DNA from: Bugula neritina
Lineage: Eukaryota > Animalia > Bryozoa
Direction of reading: 5' to 3'
Length of the DNA: 64,000 nucleotides
Assembly: GCA_964035545.1 (NCBI GenBank)
Contig: OZ037766.1
Location: 12,142,722 to 12,206,721 of the forward strand
Below, piece after piece: positions 28,501 through 43,500 of the stretch. Position 1 is the first letter of the stretch, and each line of letters starts with the position of its first letter. A program made the position numbers and the translations under genes. A model generated the notes under the pieces. It worked only from the letters and a program-made list of their open reading frames with translations, did no database searches and was not told where the DNA came from.

Positions 28501-31500
28501 ATTAATTTAAGATTTTGATTAAGTGTTAAAAGCCTACCAGAACCAGACTCTAAAAAGATCTGACAGTACAGAACGATTTTAATGGAATTCGAAATGGGTA
28601 ATCATGATTTTGCGAGTTATTTTTATCATCAGTTGACTACTTATAGCAATGCTGTATGCGTTTGATGGGGAAATTTTTGTTGGACTTATAGCATCATCAT
28701 TATCATCTAAGCTTCTTCCTTACTTTCTGATGTGATAGCAAAAATATTGCCTAAAATGCGATAGGAAATAATTTCATAACGCCAATACATGCCTATAGGT
28801 AACCCTTAGTTTAAATGTGTTAAGTCTGTGATAATAAACCTGCTCAGACTTAGGATGATACCTGGTGTTAGTGTTTCTGGTTTACTCAATCAGTCTAAAA
28901 CATCTTGTCTTAGTTTTCTAGTAAGAAATTATTCTCTATTGTAACACAGAGCACGGATAGAAGAAGTACTGGCCTAGGATCGTTGAATAGGGCACCACCA
29001 GATCTTTTTTCTATAATGGGTGATTTAAATATAATTACATTATATATTTTCAATTGTAGCAAAGCTTTTGGGCCTTTCCTCTGTAACTATAACTGAGGTA
29101 ACAAAGTTTTGACTCGGAAATTATTATAAGAATAGTATAAAAAATAGGTGTTTTAATCAACAGCTTTCTCATGCTTCTCGTTACTGTTTTTTGTAAAAGT
29201 ATCGACAATATTTAAAATCATTAGCTTTAATTATTTAAATATTTTCAACAAATTTAGACAAAGTTAGGGGAAAACAACTTCCTCATAAGTTTGAAGAGCT
29301 TTTGTGGCTAACTGGGTGCACAGCGCAATCTAGAATTTTCACAGATTAATTAGGACCTTTCAAACTCTCAATTTTTAAAAAAAATTGTGTAGACCACCCA
29401 CCCCCCCCCTGAAGTGTAGAAAGTGAAAGATAATGGGATGTTAAACTTCTAGACTATATCATTTTATAGGTACTGGAGAACATGCATCTCTGAATGGAAT
29501 GAATATCGGTAGTATTAGACATGCTTCTGATATTAAAACTGAGAATGTTACTCCACAATCTCAAGGAATACTAACTGAACAAACAGGTAACATTTTTTCT
29601 GTATGAAAGAAGTTTTGGTTTATTTTATTTGATTAAAACTGTTTATTCGTTTATTCTATTTAGAATGCAACGATTTGATATATTTTTATAGGTACTGGAG
29701 AACATGCATCTCTGAATGGAATGAATATTGGTAGTATAAGACATGCTTCTGATATTAAAACTGAGAATGTTACTCCACAATCTCAAGGAATACTGACTGA
29801 ACAAACAGGTATTATTTTGCTGCATGTGTTTTTATTTGCTTAGTTTTTCAGTTAAAACTGTTATTCAATTTATTTAAAATGCAACCACTTAACATACTTT
29901 CAATTAAAGCTTTTAATCATTTAATTTATTTGAAATGAAACCATTGGATATAATTTTATAGGTACTGGAGAACATGCATCTCTGAATGGAATGAATATTG
30001 GTAGTATTAGACATGCTTCTGATATTAAAGCTGAGAATGTTACTCCACAATCTCAAGGAATACTCACTGAACAAACAGGTACAATTTTTTTGTATGAAAA
30101 AATATTTTGGTTTTATTTTCTCCGATTGAAACTGTTTATTCGTTTATTTTATTTATAATGCAACGATTTGATATATTTTTATAGGTACTGGAGGACATGC
30201 ATCTCTGAATGGAATGAATATTGGTAGTATTAGACATGCTTCTGATATTAGAACTGAGAATGTTACTCCACAATCTCAAGGAATACTCACTGAACAAACA
30301 GGTATAACTTTGCTGTATGGAAAATATTTCGGTTTCATTTTACTCTATTTAAACTGATTATTCATTAATTTTTTTACAATGCATTAATTTATTATATTTT
30401 TATAGGCACTGGAGAACACGCATCTCTGAATGGAATGAATATTGGTAGTATTAGACATGCTTCTGATATTAGAACTGAGAATGTTACTCCACAATCTCAA
30501 GGAATACTAACTGAACAAACAGGTGAATGAATATGTTAAGATGGTTGGTTTCGATAAGGTGTTATAAATGTTATTTTTCAGTCAAGATATGGGTCATTTT
30601 ACTTGATTTAGTGCACACTATATCTCTAGTTTATTACTATTTTCACACTTTAGCTGCTAATGCAAATGATTTTTCACCTCAAACTATTGAAATATCAACA
30701 AATGGAACTCAGTAATCAAGGTCATTAATTTTGCTTGATTTTCTATGCCTGTTACTAATTTGCAATCCGGACGGTGATGGAAGAATGATCATGGTCTGCA
30801 CATATATACTTAGCTCATATGACAATAACGTTGCGCTTCAACATTGCAGAACCCCCTCCCAGCTTTTTTGCTATGCATAATTCGAATCAACACATACAAT
30901 TTTCAATATAGTGAATTATCATGAATTTTGAACAAATTTTTAATTTCTGGTGCTGGTTTGCTGATGTGTACTTAATAAATTGAAATGACGTTTTTGGGAA
31001 TGCTCGCGTCTTTCTACAGGTACAGGTGGTCACGCTTCCCAGAAAGGAATGAATATGGGTTACACTTGGCATGCTGGTGATCATCCTTTAGACAAATTGT
31101 CTCAAGAATCTCAAGGAATTCTACACCATCAAACTGGTACTGGTGAACATGCTTCCCAAAAAGGAATGTCGATTGGTAAAGTGAGAATGGCAGCTGACAC
31201 TCCCACTGATGAAATGGCAATGGAATCTCAAGGTGTTCTCCACTCTCAAACTGGCACTGGGGAACATGCTTCTCAAAAAGGCATGAATATGGGCTATACT
31301 TGGCATGCTGGTGACCATCCCTTAGACAAATTGTCTCAAGAATCACAAGGAATTCTACACCATCAAACTGGTACTGGAGAACATGCATCTCTGAATAGAA
31401 TGAATATTGGTAGTATTAGACATGCTTCTGATATTAGAACTGAGAATGTAACTCCACAATCTCAAGGAATACTAACTGAACAAACAGGTACAATTTTGCT

Positions 31501-34500
31501 GTATGTCCTTTCATTTTGGCTTCCTTATTTCATTACAACAGTTATTTTTTCATTTCATTTAAAATGAAACTATTATTATACATTGATAGGTACTGGAGAG
31601 CACGCATCTCTGAATGGAATGACTATTGGTAGTATTAGACATGCTTCTGATATTAAAACTGAGAATGTTACTCCACAATCTCAAGGAATGCTAACTGAAC
31701 AAACAGGTATTACTTTGCTGCATGTCTTTTTATTTGCTTAGTTTTTCAGTAAAAACTATTATTTAATTTATTTAAAATGCAACCATTTTACATACTTTCA
31801 ATTAAAGCTTTTAATTATTTAATTTATTTGAATTGAGACCATTTTATATTCTTTCATAGGTACTGGAGAACATGCATCTCTGAATGGAATGAATATTGGT
31901 AGTATTAGACATGCTTCTGATATTAGAACTGAGAATGTTACTCCACAATCTCAAGGAATACTCACTGAACAAACAGGTATAGTTTTGCTGTATGGAAAAT
32001 ATTTTGGTTTCATTTTACTCGATTAAGACTGATTATTCATTTATTTCATTTATAATGCAATAATTTAATGTATTTTTATAGGTACTGGAGAACATGCATC
32101 TCTGAATGGAATGAATATTGGTAGTATCAGACATGCTTCTGATATTAAAACTGAGAATGTAACTCCACAATCTCAAGGAATACTAACTGAACAAACAGGT
32201 GTGTAGTTTTGTTGTATGCCCTTTTATTTTGGTTTAGTTTTTCAATTTAAAGTTTTAAGGATTTTATTTATTTAAAATGCAACTATTTATTATAATTTTG
32301 TAGGTACTGGAGAACATGCATCTCTGAATGGAATGAATATTGGTAGTATTAGACATGCTTCTGATATTAGAACTGAGAATGTTACTCCACAATCTCAAGG
32401 AATACTAACTGAACAAACAGGTATTACTTTGCTGCATGTCTTTCTATTTGCTTAGTTCTTTTAGTAAAAACTATTATTTACTTTATTTAAAATGCAACCA
32501 TTTAACATACTTTCAATTAAAGCTTTTAATTATTTAATTTATTTGAATTGAGACCATTTCATATTCTTTCATAGGTACTGGAGAACATGCATCTCTGAAA
32601 GGAATGAATATTGGTAGTATAAGACATGCTTCTGATATTAAAACTGAGAATGTTACTCCACAATCTCAAGGAATACTCACTGAACAAACAGGTATAGTTT
32701 TGCTGTATGGAAAATATTTTGGTTTCATTTTACTCGATTAAGACTGATCATTCATTTATTTTATTTATAATGCAATAATTTAATGTAATTTTATAGGTAC
32801 TGGAGAACATGCATCTCTGAATGGAATGAATATTGGTAGTATTAGACATGCTTCTGATATTAGAACTGAGAATGTTACTCCACAATCTCAAGGAATACTC
32901 ACCGAGCAAACAGGTACAATTTTGCTCCATGTCCTTTTATTTTAGCTTGGTTATTCAATTAAAACTGGTAATTCATTTAATTTATTTAAAATGAAACCAT
33001 TTAACATACTTTTCTAGGTACTGGAGAACATGCATCTCTGAATGGCATGAATATTGGTAGTATTAGACATGCTTCTGATATTAAAACTGAGAATGTTACT
33101 CCACAATCTCAAGGAATACTAACTGAACAAACAGGTAACATTTTTTCTGTATGAAAGAAGTTTTGGTTTATTTTATTTGATTAAAACTGTTTATTCGTTT
33201 ATTCTATTTAGAATGCAACGATTTGATATATTTTTATAGGTACTGGAGAACATGCATCTCTGAATGGAATGAATATTGGTAGTATAAGACATGCTTCTGA
33301 TATTAAAACTGAGAATGTTACTCCACAATCTCAAGGAATACTAACTGAACAAACAGGTATAACTTTGCTAAGTGTAGGATTGTTGGTTTCAATCATGTAT
33401 AAATCTATTTTTCCAGTCAAAATGTATTCATGCTCATGTTTTTCTACAGGTACAGGTGGTCACGCTTCCCAGAAAGGCATGAATATGGGTTACACTTGGC
33501 ATGCTGGTGATTATCCCTTAGACAAATTGTCTCAAGAATCACAAGGAATTCTACACCATCAAACTGGTACTGGAGAGCACGCATCTCTGAATGGAATGAA
33601 TATTGGTAGTATTAGACATGCTTCTGATATTAAAACTGAGAATGTTACTCCACAATCTCAAGGAATACTAACTGAACAAACAGGTGTGTAATTTTGCTGC
33701 ATGTCTTTCTATTTGCTTAGTTCTTTTAGTAAAAACTATTATTTACTTTATTTAAAATGCAACCATTTAACATACTTTCAATTAAAGCTTTTAATTATTT
33801 AATTTATTTGAATTGAGACCATTTCATATTCTTTCATAGGTACTGGAGAACATGCATCTCTGAATGGAATGAATATTGGTAGTATTAGACATGCTTCTGA
33901 TATTAGAACTGAGAATGTTACTCCACAATCTCAAGGGATACTAACTGAACAAACAGGTATAATTTTTTTTGTATGAAAAAATATTTTGGTTTTATTTTAT
34001 TCAATTTAAACTGATTATTCATTATTTTTTGTACAATGCAATAATTTAGTATATTTTTATAGGTACTGGAGAACACGCATCTCTGAATGGAATGAATATT
34101 GGTAGTATTAGACATGCTTCTGATATTAAAACTGAGAATGTCACTCCACAGTCTCAAGGAATACTCACTGAACAAACAGGTATAATTTATTTTGTATGAA
34201 AGATATTTTGGTTTTATTTTATTCAATTTAAACTGATTATTCATTATTTTTTGTACAATGCAATAATTTAGTATATTTTTATAGGTACTGGAGAACACGC
34301 ATCTCTGAATGGAATGAATATTGGTAGTATTAGACATGCTTCTGATATTAAAACTGAGAATGTCACTCCACAGTCTCAAGGAATACTCACTGAACAAACA
34401 GGTATAATTTATTTTGTATGAAAGATATTTTGGTTTTATTTTATTCAATTTAAACTGATTATTCATTATTCTTTTTACAATGCAACAATTTAGTATATTT

Positions 34501-37500
34501 TTATAGGTACTGGAGAACATGCATCTCTGAATGGAATGAATATTGGTAGTATTAGACATGCTTCTGATATTAGAACTGAGAATGTTACTCCACAATCTCA
34601 AGGAATACTCACTGAACAAACAGGTACAATTTTGCTCTATGTCCTTTTATTTTAGCTTGGTTATTCAATTAAAACTGGTAATTCATTTAATTTATTTAAA
34701 ATGAAACCATTTAACATACTTTTCTAGGTACTGGAGAACATGCATCTCTGAATGGAATGAATATTGGTAGTATTCGACATGCTTCTGATATTAAAACTGA
34801 GAATGTAACTCCACAGTCTCAAGGAATACTAACTGAACAAACAGGTATAACTTTGCTAAGTGTAGGATTGTTGGTTTCAATCATGTATAAATCTATTTTT
34901 CCAGTCAAAATGTATTCATGCTCATGTTTTTCTACAGGTACAGGTGGTCACGCTTCCCAGAAAGGCATGAATATGGGTTACACTTGGCATGCTGGTGATC
35001 ATCCCTTAGACAAATTGTCTCAAGAATCACAAGGAGTTCTACACCATCAAACTGGTACTGGAGAACATGCATCTCTGAATGGAATGAATATTGGTAGTAT
35101 TAGACATGCTTCTGATATTAGAACTGAGAATGTAACTCCACAATCTCAAGGAATACTAACTGAACAAACAGGTGTGTAATTTTGCTGCATGTCTTTCTAT
35201 TTGCTTAGTTCTTTTAGTAAAAACTATTATTTACTTTATTTAAAATGCAACCATTTAACATACTTTCAATTAAAGCTTTTAATTATTTAATTTATTTGAA
35301 TTGAGACCATTTCATATTCTTTCATAGGTACTGGAGAACATGCATCTCTGAATGGAATGAATATTGGTAGTATTAGACATGCTTCTGATATTAGAACTGA
35401 GAATGTTACTCCACAATCTCAAGGGATACTAACTGAACAAACAGGTAACATTTTTTTTGTATGAAAAAATATTTTGGTTTTATTTTATTCAATTTAAACT
35501 GATTATTCATTATTTTTTGTACAATGCAATAATTTAGTATATTTTTATAGGTACTGGAGAACACGCATCTCTGAATGGAATGAATATTGGTAGTATTAGA
35601 CATGCTTCTGATATTAAAACTGAGAATGTCACTCCACAGTCTCAAGGAATACTCACTGAACAAACAGGTATAATTTATTTTGTATGAAAGATATTTTGGT
35701 TTTATTTTATTCAATTTAAACTGATTATTCATTATTCTTTTTACAATGCAACAATTTAGTATATTTTTATAGGTACTGGAGAACATGCATCTCTGAATGG
35801 AATGAATATTGGTAGTATTAGACATGCTTCTAATATTAGAACTGAGAATGTTACTCCACAATCTCAAGGAATACTCACCGAGCAAACAGGTACAATTTTG
35901 CTCTATGTCCTTTTATTTTAGCTTGGTTATTCAATTAAAACTGGTAATTCATTTAATTTATTTAAAATGAAACCATTTAACATACTTTAATAGGTACTGG
36001 AGGACATGCATCTCTGAATGGCATGAATATTGGTAGTATTCGACATGCTTCTGATATTAAAACTGAGAATGTAACTCCACAGTCTCAAGGAATACTAACT
36101 GAACAAACAGGTGAATGAATATGTTTAGATTGTTGGTTTCAATAATGAACAACGTATTATAAATGTCTTTATTCGGTTAAGATACCGGTCATTTCACTTA
36201 ATTTAGTGCACACTATATCTCTAGTTTCTAACTATTTTCACACTTTAACTGCTAGTGCATATGATTTTTCACCTTAAACTATTGAAATATCAACAAATGG
36301 AACTCAATCATCAAGGTCATTATTTTTGCTTGATTTTCTATGCCTGTTACTAATTTCTTAACGAACTAGGATATATGGACTGTGATGAAAAAACGATCAC
36401 GGCCCGCAGATATATACTTAGCTCATATGACAATAACGTTGCGCTTCAACATTGCAGAACCCCCTCCCAGCTTTTTTGCTATGCATAATTCGAATCAACA
36501 CATACAATTTCCGATATAGTGAATTCTCATGAATTTTGAACAAACATTAAATTTTGGTTCTGGTTTGCTGATGTGTACTTAATAAATTGAAATGACCTTT
36601 TTGTGAATGCTCGCGTCTTTCTACAGGTACAGGTGGTCACGCTTCCCAGAAAGGAATGAATATGGGTTACACTTGGCATGCTGGTGATCTTCCTTTAGAC
36701 AAACTGTCTCAAGAATCACAAGGAGTTCTACACCATCAAACTGGTACTGGAGAACATGCATCTCTGAATGGAATGAATATTGGTAGTATTAGACATGCTT
36801 CTGATATTAAAACTGAGAATGTTACTCCACAATCTCAAGGAATGCTAACTGAACAAACAGGTATTACTTTGCTGCATGTCTTTTTATTTGCTTAGTTTTT
36901 CAGTAAAAACTGTTATTTAATTTATATAAAATGCAACCATTTTACATACTTTCAATTAAAGCTTTTAATTATTTAATTTATTTGAATTGAAACCATTTTA
37001 TATTCTTTCATAGGTACTGGAGAACATGCATCTCTGAATGGAATGAATATTGGTAGTATTAGACATGCTTCTGATATTAGAACTGAGAATGTAACTCCAC
37101 AATCTCAAGGAATACTCACTGAACAAACAGGTGAATGCCCATGTTAAGACAGTTGGCCTCTATTTAAGCTGTATGTGTACGTCTTTGGTGTATTAATGTT
37201 GTAATGTCAATTAAAGTCCATGTCTTGCTATACCTAATAGCTATAATTAGTAGACCTCTTTCAATCACTCATTTCACCATTATGCGTCTGTCTCGACCCC
37301 ACTGAACTAACTTAATAAGTGTATCTTGACGGAATACTTTTCATTGCCCACAGCAACTTAGATTTTCTCAGAATTGTCAAATTTGTGAGTTTCTCAACAT
37401 TAGGTGCAACTTCAGGGTTTTTGGCAATTTGAATTAGATGATGATAGCAGTTGTCTCACTACAATTGCTACTCCATTTGGCTGATATGGATTTTTGAGGC

Positions 37501-40500
37501 TAACCTTCAACATAAGTTTGGCATCTGAAATAGTTCATAGAAAGTAAGCAAATTATTATCAGATGTAGTCAGAGTTGAGACTTTCGTAGATTATTTATTG
37601 ATACATGTTCTTACAAAGGTAGCCATTTTCAAATGACGTTCTGCGTAAAATGCTTGGGAGATGCGAGAAAGTTATCTTGAAGCTTAACTTAGCGAAATGT
37701 AGTTTTGAGAAGTCTGAACATAGGTATTTAGATCACATAATTGGACAGGGTGTCATCACAGCCGACCCAATTATGATTAAATCTACAGTCGGCATGTCTG
37801 TGCTACAGAATGTGTTAGGATAGCCGCAGCTAAACTCATACTCAAGTAAGGCTACATATATTCCTCAAGGTTTTGTAGGAGGGATGGAAGTTTAGGTTAG
37901 AATGAGACATAGGAATTGGCTATGAGGAACAGTTAAGCTGAAAGTTTCATAATTAGGCTTTATGATTGTAGAATTTTTAGATGGTAAGCAATCTTGTTCG
38001 AAAATTTGAAAATTTCCATTACATCTAAGTTCTGGGTTAGAGGGAATTACACCACCCACCAACCTAGTTCATGTTACTAGAGTGAGTAACTCTGTTTCGC
38101 ATAGTACACCCAATTCAAGTTCTGTTCAGGGAATAGACAGGCGCAGTGTTCCTAATGGGCATAGCACAGTTACTTGAGTAGGTAGGGTTTCAGAGCCTCA
38201 CGCCAGATTTGGTCAGAATCTGTACGATGCCAAAACTTAGTTGACTTAAGTAAATGTACCATTGGAAGAATGTTTAGTAGTGCACATATATATTATGTTA
38301 TATAACTTTGCTTTAATCTTCAACTACATGCTTTTGTAACTTTTTATACAATTAAATATTGTTACTGAGTCACTAAGTCTTCGTTTTTGACTGCGGATAG
38401 GATGTTATAATGTCAACTACAGTTCATGTCTTGCCATACCTAATAGCTGTAGTGAGTATATCTATATGTGAATCATGCATTCCCTTATTATTGTCAGAGT
38501 CAGCATCTATATAAATATTTGTCTCTAGATTTCATAGTGTTATCATCATTTATATTATTGGTAATTGCACCTAATAAATCTACAATGTAATTCATTGCAA
38601 GTCAATATCATCTTGTTACATATCATTACACTTCGTAATGCCAACAAGAAACAACAAAATATAACAGTTGATCAATTTGAATTTTTATTTAGTTCAAAAT
38701 TTTAACTATTATACTTTTATAGGTACTGGAGAGCATGCATCTCTGAATGGAATGAATATTGGTAGTATTAGACATGCTTCTGATATTAAAACTGAGAATG
38801 TTACTCCACAATCTCAAGGAATACTAACTGAACAAACAGGTATAACTTTGCTAAATGTAAGATTGTTGCCTTCAATTATGTTTAAATGTATTTTTTCAGT
38901 CAAAATATATTCATGCTCATGTTTTTCTACAGGTACAGGTAGTCATGCATCCCAGAAAGGAATGAATATGGGCTACACTTGGCATGCTGGTGATCATCCT
39001 TTAGACAAATTGTCTCAAGAATCACAAGGAATTCTACACCATCAAACTGGTACTGGAGAACATGCATCTCTGAATGGAATGAATATCGGTAGTATTAGAC
39101 ATGCTTCTGATATTAAAACTGAGAATGTTACTCCACAATCTCAAGGAATACTCACTGAACAAACAGGTACAATTTTGCTGTATGCCCTTTTATTTTGGTT
39201 TAGTTTTTCAGTTTGAAGTTTTAAGGATTTTATTTATTTAAGATGCAACCATTTAATATACTTACATAGGTACTGGAGAACATGCATCTCTGAATGGAAT
39301 GAATATTGGTAGTATAAGACATGCTTCTGATATTAAAACTGAGAATGTTACTCCCCAATCTCAAGGAATACTAACTGAACAAACAGGTGAATGAATATTT
39401 TAAGATTGTTGATTTCAATAACGTATTATAAATGTCTTTATACGGTTAAGATATGGGTCATTTCACTTTATTTAGTGCACACTATATCTCTAGTTTCTAA
39501 CTATTTTCACACTTTAGCTGCTAATGCATATGATTTTTCACTTTAAACTATTGAAATATCAACAAATGGAACTTAATCATCAAGGTCATTAATTTTGCTT
39601 GATTTTCTATGCCTGTTGCTAATTTCTTAACGATTTAGGATATATGGACTGTGATGAAAAAATGATCACGGCCCGCAGATATATACTTAGCTCATATGAT
39701 AATAACGTTGCCCTTCAACATTGCAGAACCTCCTCCCAGGTTTTACGCTATGCATAATTCGAACCAACACATACGATTTCCAATATAGTGAATCTTCATG
39801 AGTTTTGAACAAACGGTAATTTTTGGTTCTGGTTTGCTGATGTTTACTCAATAAATTGAAACGACCTTTTTGTGAAAGCTCGGGTCTTTCTACAGGTACA
39901 GGTGGTCATGCTTCCCAGAAAGGAATGAACATGGGTTACACTTGGCATGCTGGTGATCATCCTTTAGACAAATTGTCTCAAGAATCACAAGGAGTTCTAC
40001 ACCATCAAACTGGTACTGGAGAACATGCATCTCTGAATGGAATGAATATTGGTAGTATAAGACATGCTTCTGATATTAAAACTGAGAATGTTACTCCACA
40101 ATCTCAAGGAATACTCACTGAACAAACAGGTGTGTAGTTTAGCTGTATGCCCTTTTATTTTGGTTTAGTTTTTCAACTGAAAGTTTTAAGGATTTTATTT
40201 ATTTAATTTATTTGAAATGAAACCATTTGACATACTTTCCTAGGTACTGGAGGACATGCATCTCTGAATGGAATGAATATTGGTAGTATTAGACATGCTT
40301 CTGATATTAAAACTGAGAGTGTTACTCCACAATCTCAAGGAATACTAACTGAACAAACAGGTGTGTAGTTTTGCTGTATGCCCTTTAATTTTGGTTTAGT
40401 TTTTCAGTAAAAACTGTTATTTAATTTATTTAAAATGCAACCACTTAACATACTCTCAATTAAAGCTTTTAATTATTAAATTTATTTGAATTGAAATCAT

Positions 40501-43500
40501 TTTATATTTTTTCATAGGTACTGGAGAACATGCATCTCTGAATGGAATGAATATTGGTAGTATTAGACATGCTTCTGACATTAAGACTGAGAATGTTACT
40601 CCACAATCTCAAGGAATACTAACTGAACAAACAGGTATAATTTTGCTGTATGTCCTTTCATTTTTGCTTCCTGATTTCATTACAACAGTTATCTTTTCAT
40701 TTCATTTGAAATGAAACTATTTATTATACTTTGATAGGTACTGGAGAACATGCATCTCTGAATGGAATGAATATTGGTAGTATTAGACATGCTTCTGATA
40801 TTAAAACTGATAATGTTACTCCACAATCTCAAGGAATACTAACTGAACAAACAGGTGTGTAGCTTTGCTGTTTGCCCTTTTATTTTTGTTTAGTTTTTCA
40901 ATTGAAAGTTTTAGGATTTTATTTATTTAAAATGCAAACATTTAACATGCTTTCAATTGAAGCTTTTAATTATTTAATTTATTTGAATTGAAACCATTTT
41001 ATATTCTTTCATAGGTACTGGAGAACATGCATCTCTGAATGGAATGAATATCGGTAGTATTAGACATGCTTCTGATATTAGAACTGAGAATGTTACTCCA
41101 CAATCTCAAGGAATACTAACTGAACAAACAGGTACATATTTTTTCTTCATGTCCTTTTATTTTGGCTTAGTTTTTCAATTAAAGGTGTTACTTTCTCACT
41201 TCTTTCAATTTCTAACCATTCAACATACTTTCGTAGGTACCGGAGAACATGCATCTCTGAATGGAATGAATATTGGCAGTATTAGACATGCTTCAGATAT
41301 TAAAACTGAGAATGTTACTCCACAATCTCAAGGAATACTAACTGAACAAACAGGTATAGTTTTGCTGTATGGAAAATATTTTGCTTTCATTTTACTCGAT
41401 TAAAACTGATTATTCATTTATTTTATTTATAATGCAATAATTTAATGTATTTTTATAGGTACTGGAGAACATGCATCTCTGAATGGAATGAATATTGGTA
41501 GTATTAGACATGCTTCTGATATCAAAACTGAGAATGTTACTCCACAATCTCAAGGAATACTCACTGAGCAAACAGGTGAATGAATATGTTGAAATTGTTG
41601 GTTTCAATAACATGATATAAATGTCTTTTTTCAGTCAAGATATGGGTTATTTTACTTAATTTAGTGCACATTATATCTCTAGTTGATCACTATTTTCACA
41701 CATTAGCTGCTAATGCACATGATTTTTCACCTCAAACTATTGAAATATTACCAAATGGAATTCAATAATCAAGGTCATTAGTTTTGCTTGATTTCCTACG
41801 CCTGTTACTAATTTCTCATTGAATTAGGATATATGGTCTGTGATGAAAAAATGATCATGGCCTGCACATGTATACTTGGCTCATATGACAATAACGTTGC
41901 CCTTCAACATTGCAGAACCCCTTCCCAGCTTTTTTGCTATACATAATTCAAATCAACACATACAATTTCCAATATAGTGAATTCTCATGAATTTTGAACA
42001 AACTTTAAAATTTGGTTCTGGTTTGCTGATGTGTACTTAATAAATTGAAATGACCTTTTTGTGAATGCTCGCGTCTTTCTACAGGTACAGGAGAACATGC
42101 ATCTCTGAATGGATTGAATATTGGTAGTATTAGACATGCTTCTGATATTAAAACTGAGAATGTAACTCCACAATCTCAAGGAATACTCACTGAACAAACA
42201 GGTGTGTAATTTTGCTGTGTGTCCTTTCATTTTGGCTTCCTTATTTCATTACAACAGTTATCTTTTCATTTCATTTAAAATGAAACTATTTATTATACTT
42301 TGATAGGTACTGGAGAACATGCATCTCTGAATGGAATGAATATTGGTGGTATTAGACATGCTTCTGATATTAAAACTGAGAATGTCACTCCACAATCTCA
42401 AGGAATACTAACTGAACAAACAGGTATATAATTTTGTTGTATTTTTTTTTATTTTAGTTTAGTCATTCAAATAAAGCTGTTAATTAACTTAATTTATTTA
42501 AAATGCAACTATTTATTATAATTTTGTAGGTACTGGAGAACATGCATCTCTGAATGGAATGAATATTGGTAGTATTAGACATGCTTCTGATATTAAAACT
42601 GAGAATGTTACTCCACAATCTCAAGGAATACTTACTGAACAAACAGGTATAATTTTGCTTTATGGAAAATATTTTGGCTTTATTTTATTCTATTTAAACT
42701 GTTTATTCATTAATTTTTTTATAATGCATTAATTTAATATACTTTTCTAGGTACTGGAGAACATGCATCTCTGAATGGAATGAATATCGGTAGTATTAGA
42801 CATGCTTCTGATATTAAAACTGAGAATGTAACTCCACAATCTCAAGGAATACTAACTGAACAAACAGGTATAACTTTGCTGCATGTCTTTTTATTTCCTT
42901 AGTTTTTCAGTAAAAACTTTTATTTAATTTATATAAAATGCAACCGTTTTACATACTTTCAATTAAAGCTTTTAATTATTTAATTTATTTGAATTGAAAC
43001 CATTTTATATTCTATCATAGGTTCCGGAGAACATGCATCTCTGAATGGAATGAATATCGGTAGTATTAGACATGCTTCTGATATTAAAACTGAGAATGTT
43101 ACTCCACAATCTCAAGGAATACTAACTGAACAAACAGGTATTTAATTTTGTTGTATTTTATTTTATTTTAGTTTAGTCATTCAAATAAAGCTGTTAATTA
43201 ACTTAATTTATTTAAAATGCAACTATTTATTATAATTTTGTAGGTACTGGAGAACATGCATCTCTGAATGGAATGAATATTGGTAGTATAAGACATGCTT
43301 CTGATATTAAAACTGAAAATGTTACTCCACAATCTCAAGGAATACTAACTGAACAAACAGGTATAACTTTGCTAAGTGTAGGATTGTTGGTTTCAATCAT
43401 GTATAAATTTATTTTTCCAGTCAAAATGTATTCATGCTCATGTTTTTCTACAGGTACAGGTGGTCACGCTTCCCAGAAAGGCATGAATATGGGTTACACT

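Noticed and set aside
24367-42230. Recurrent minus-strand ORFs (SEYSLRLWSNILS...)
   Set aside because: They are antisense readings of type A exons plus introns.
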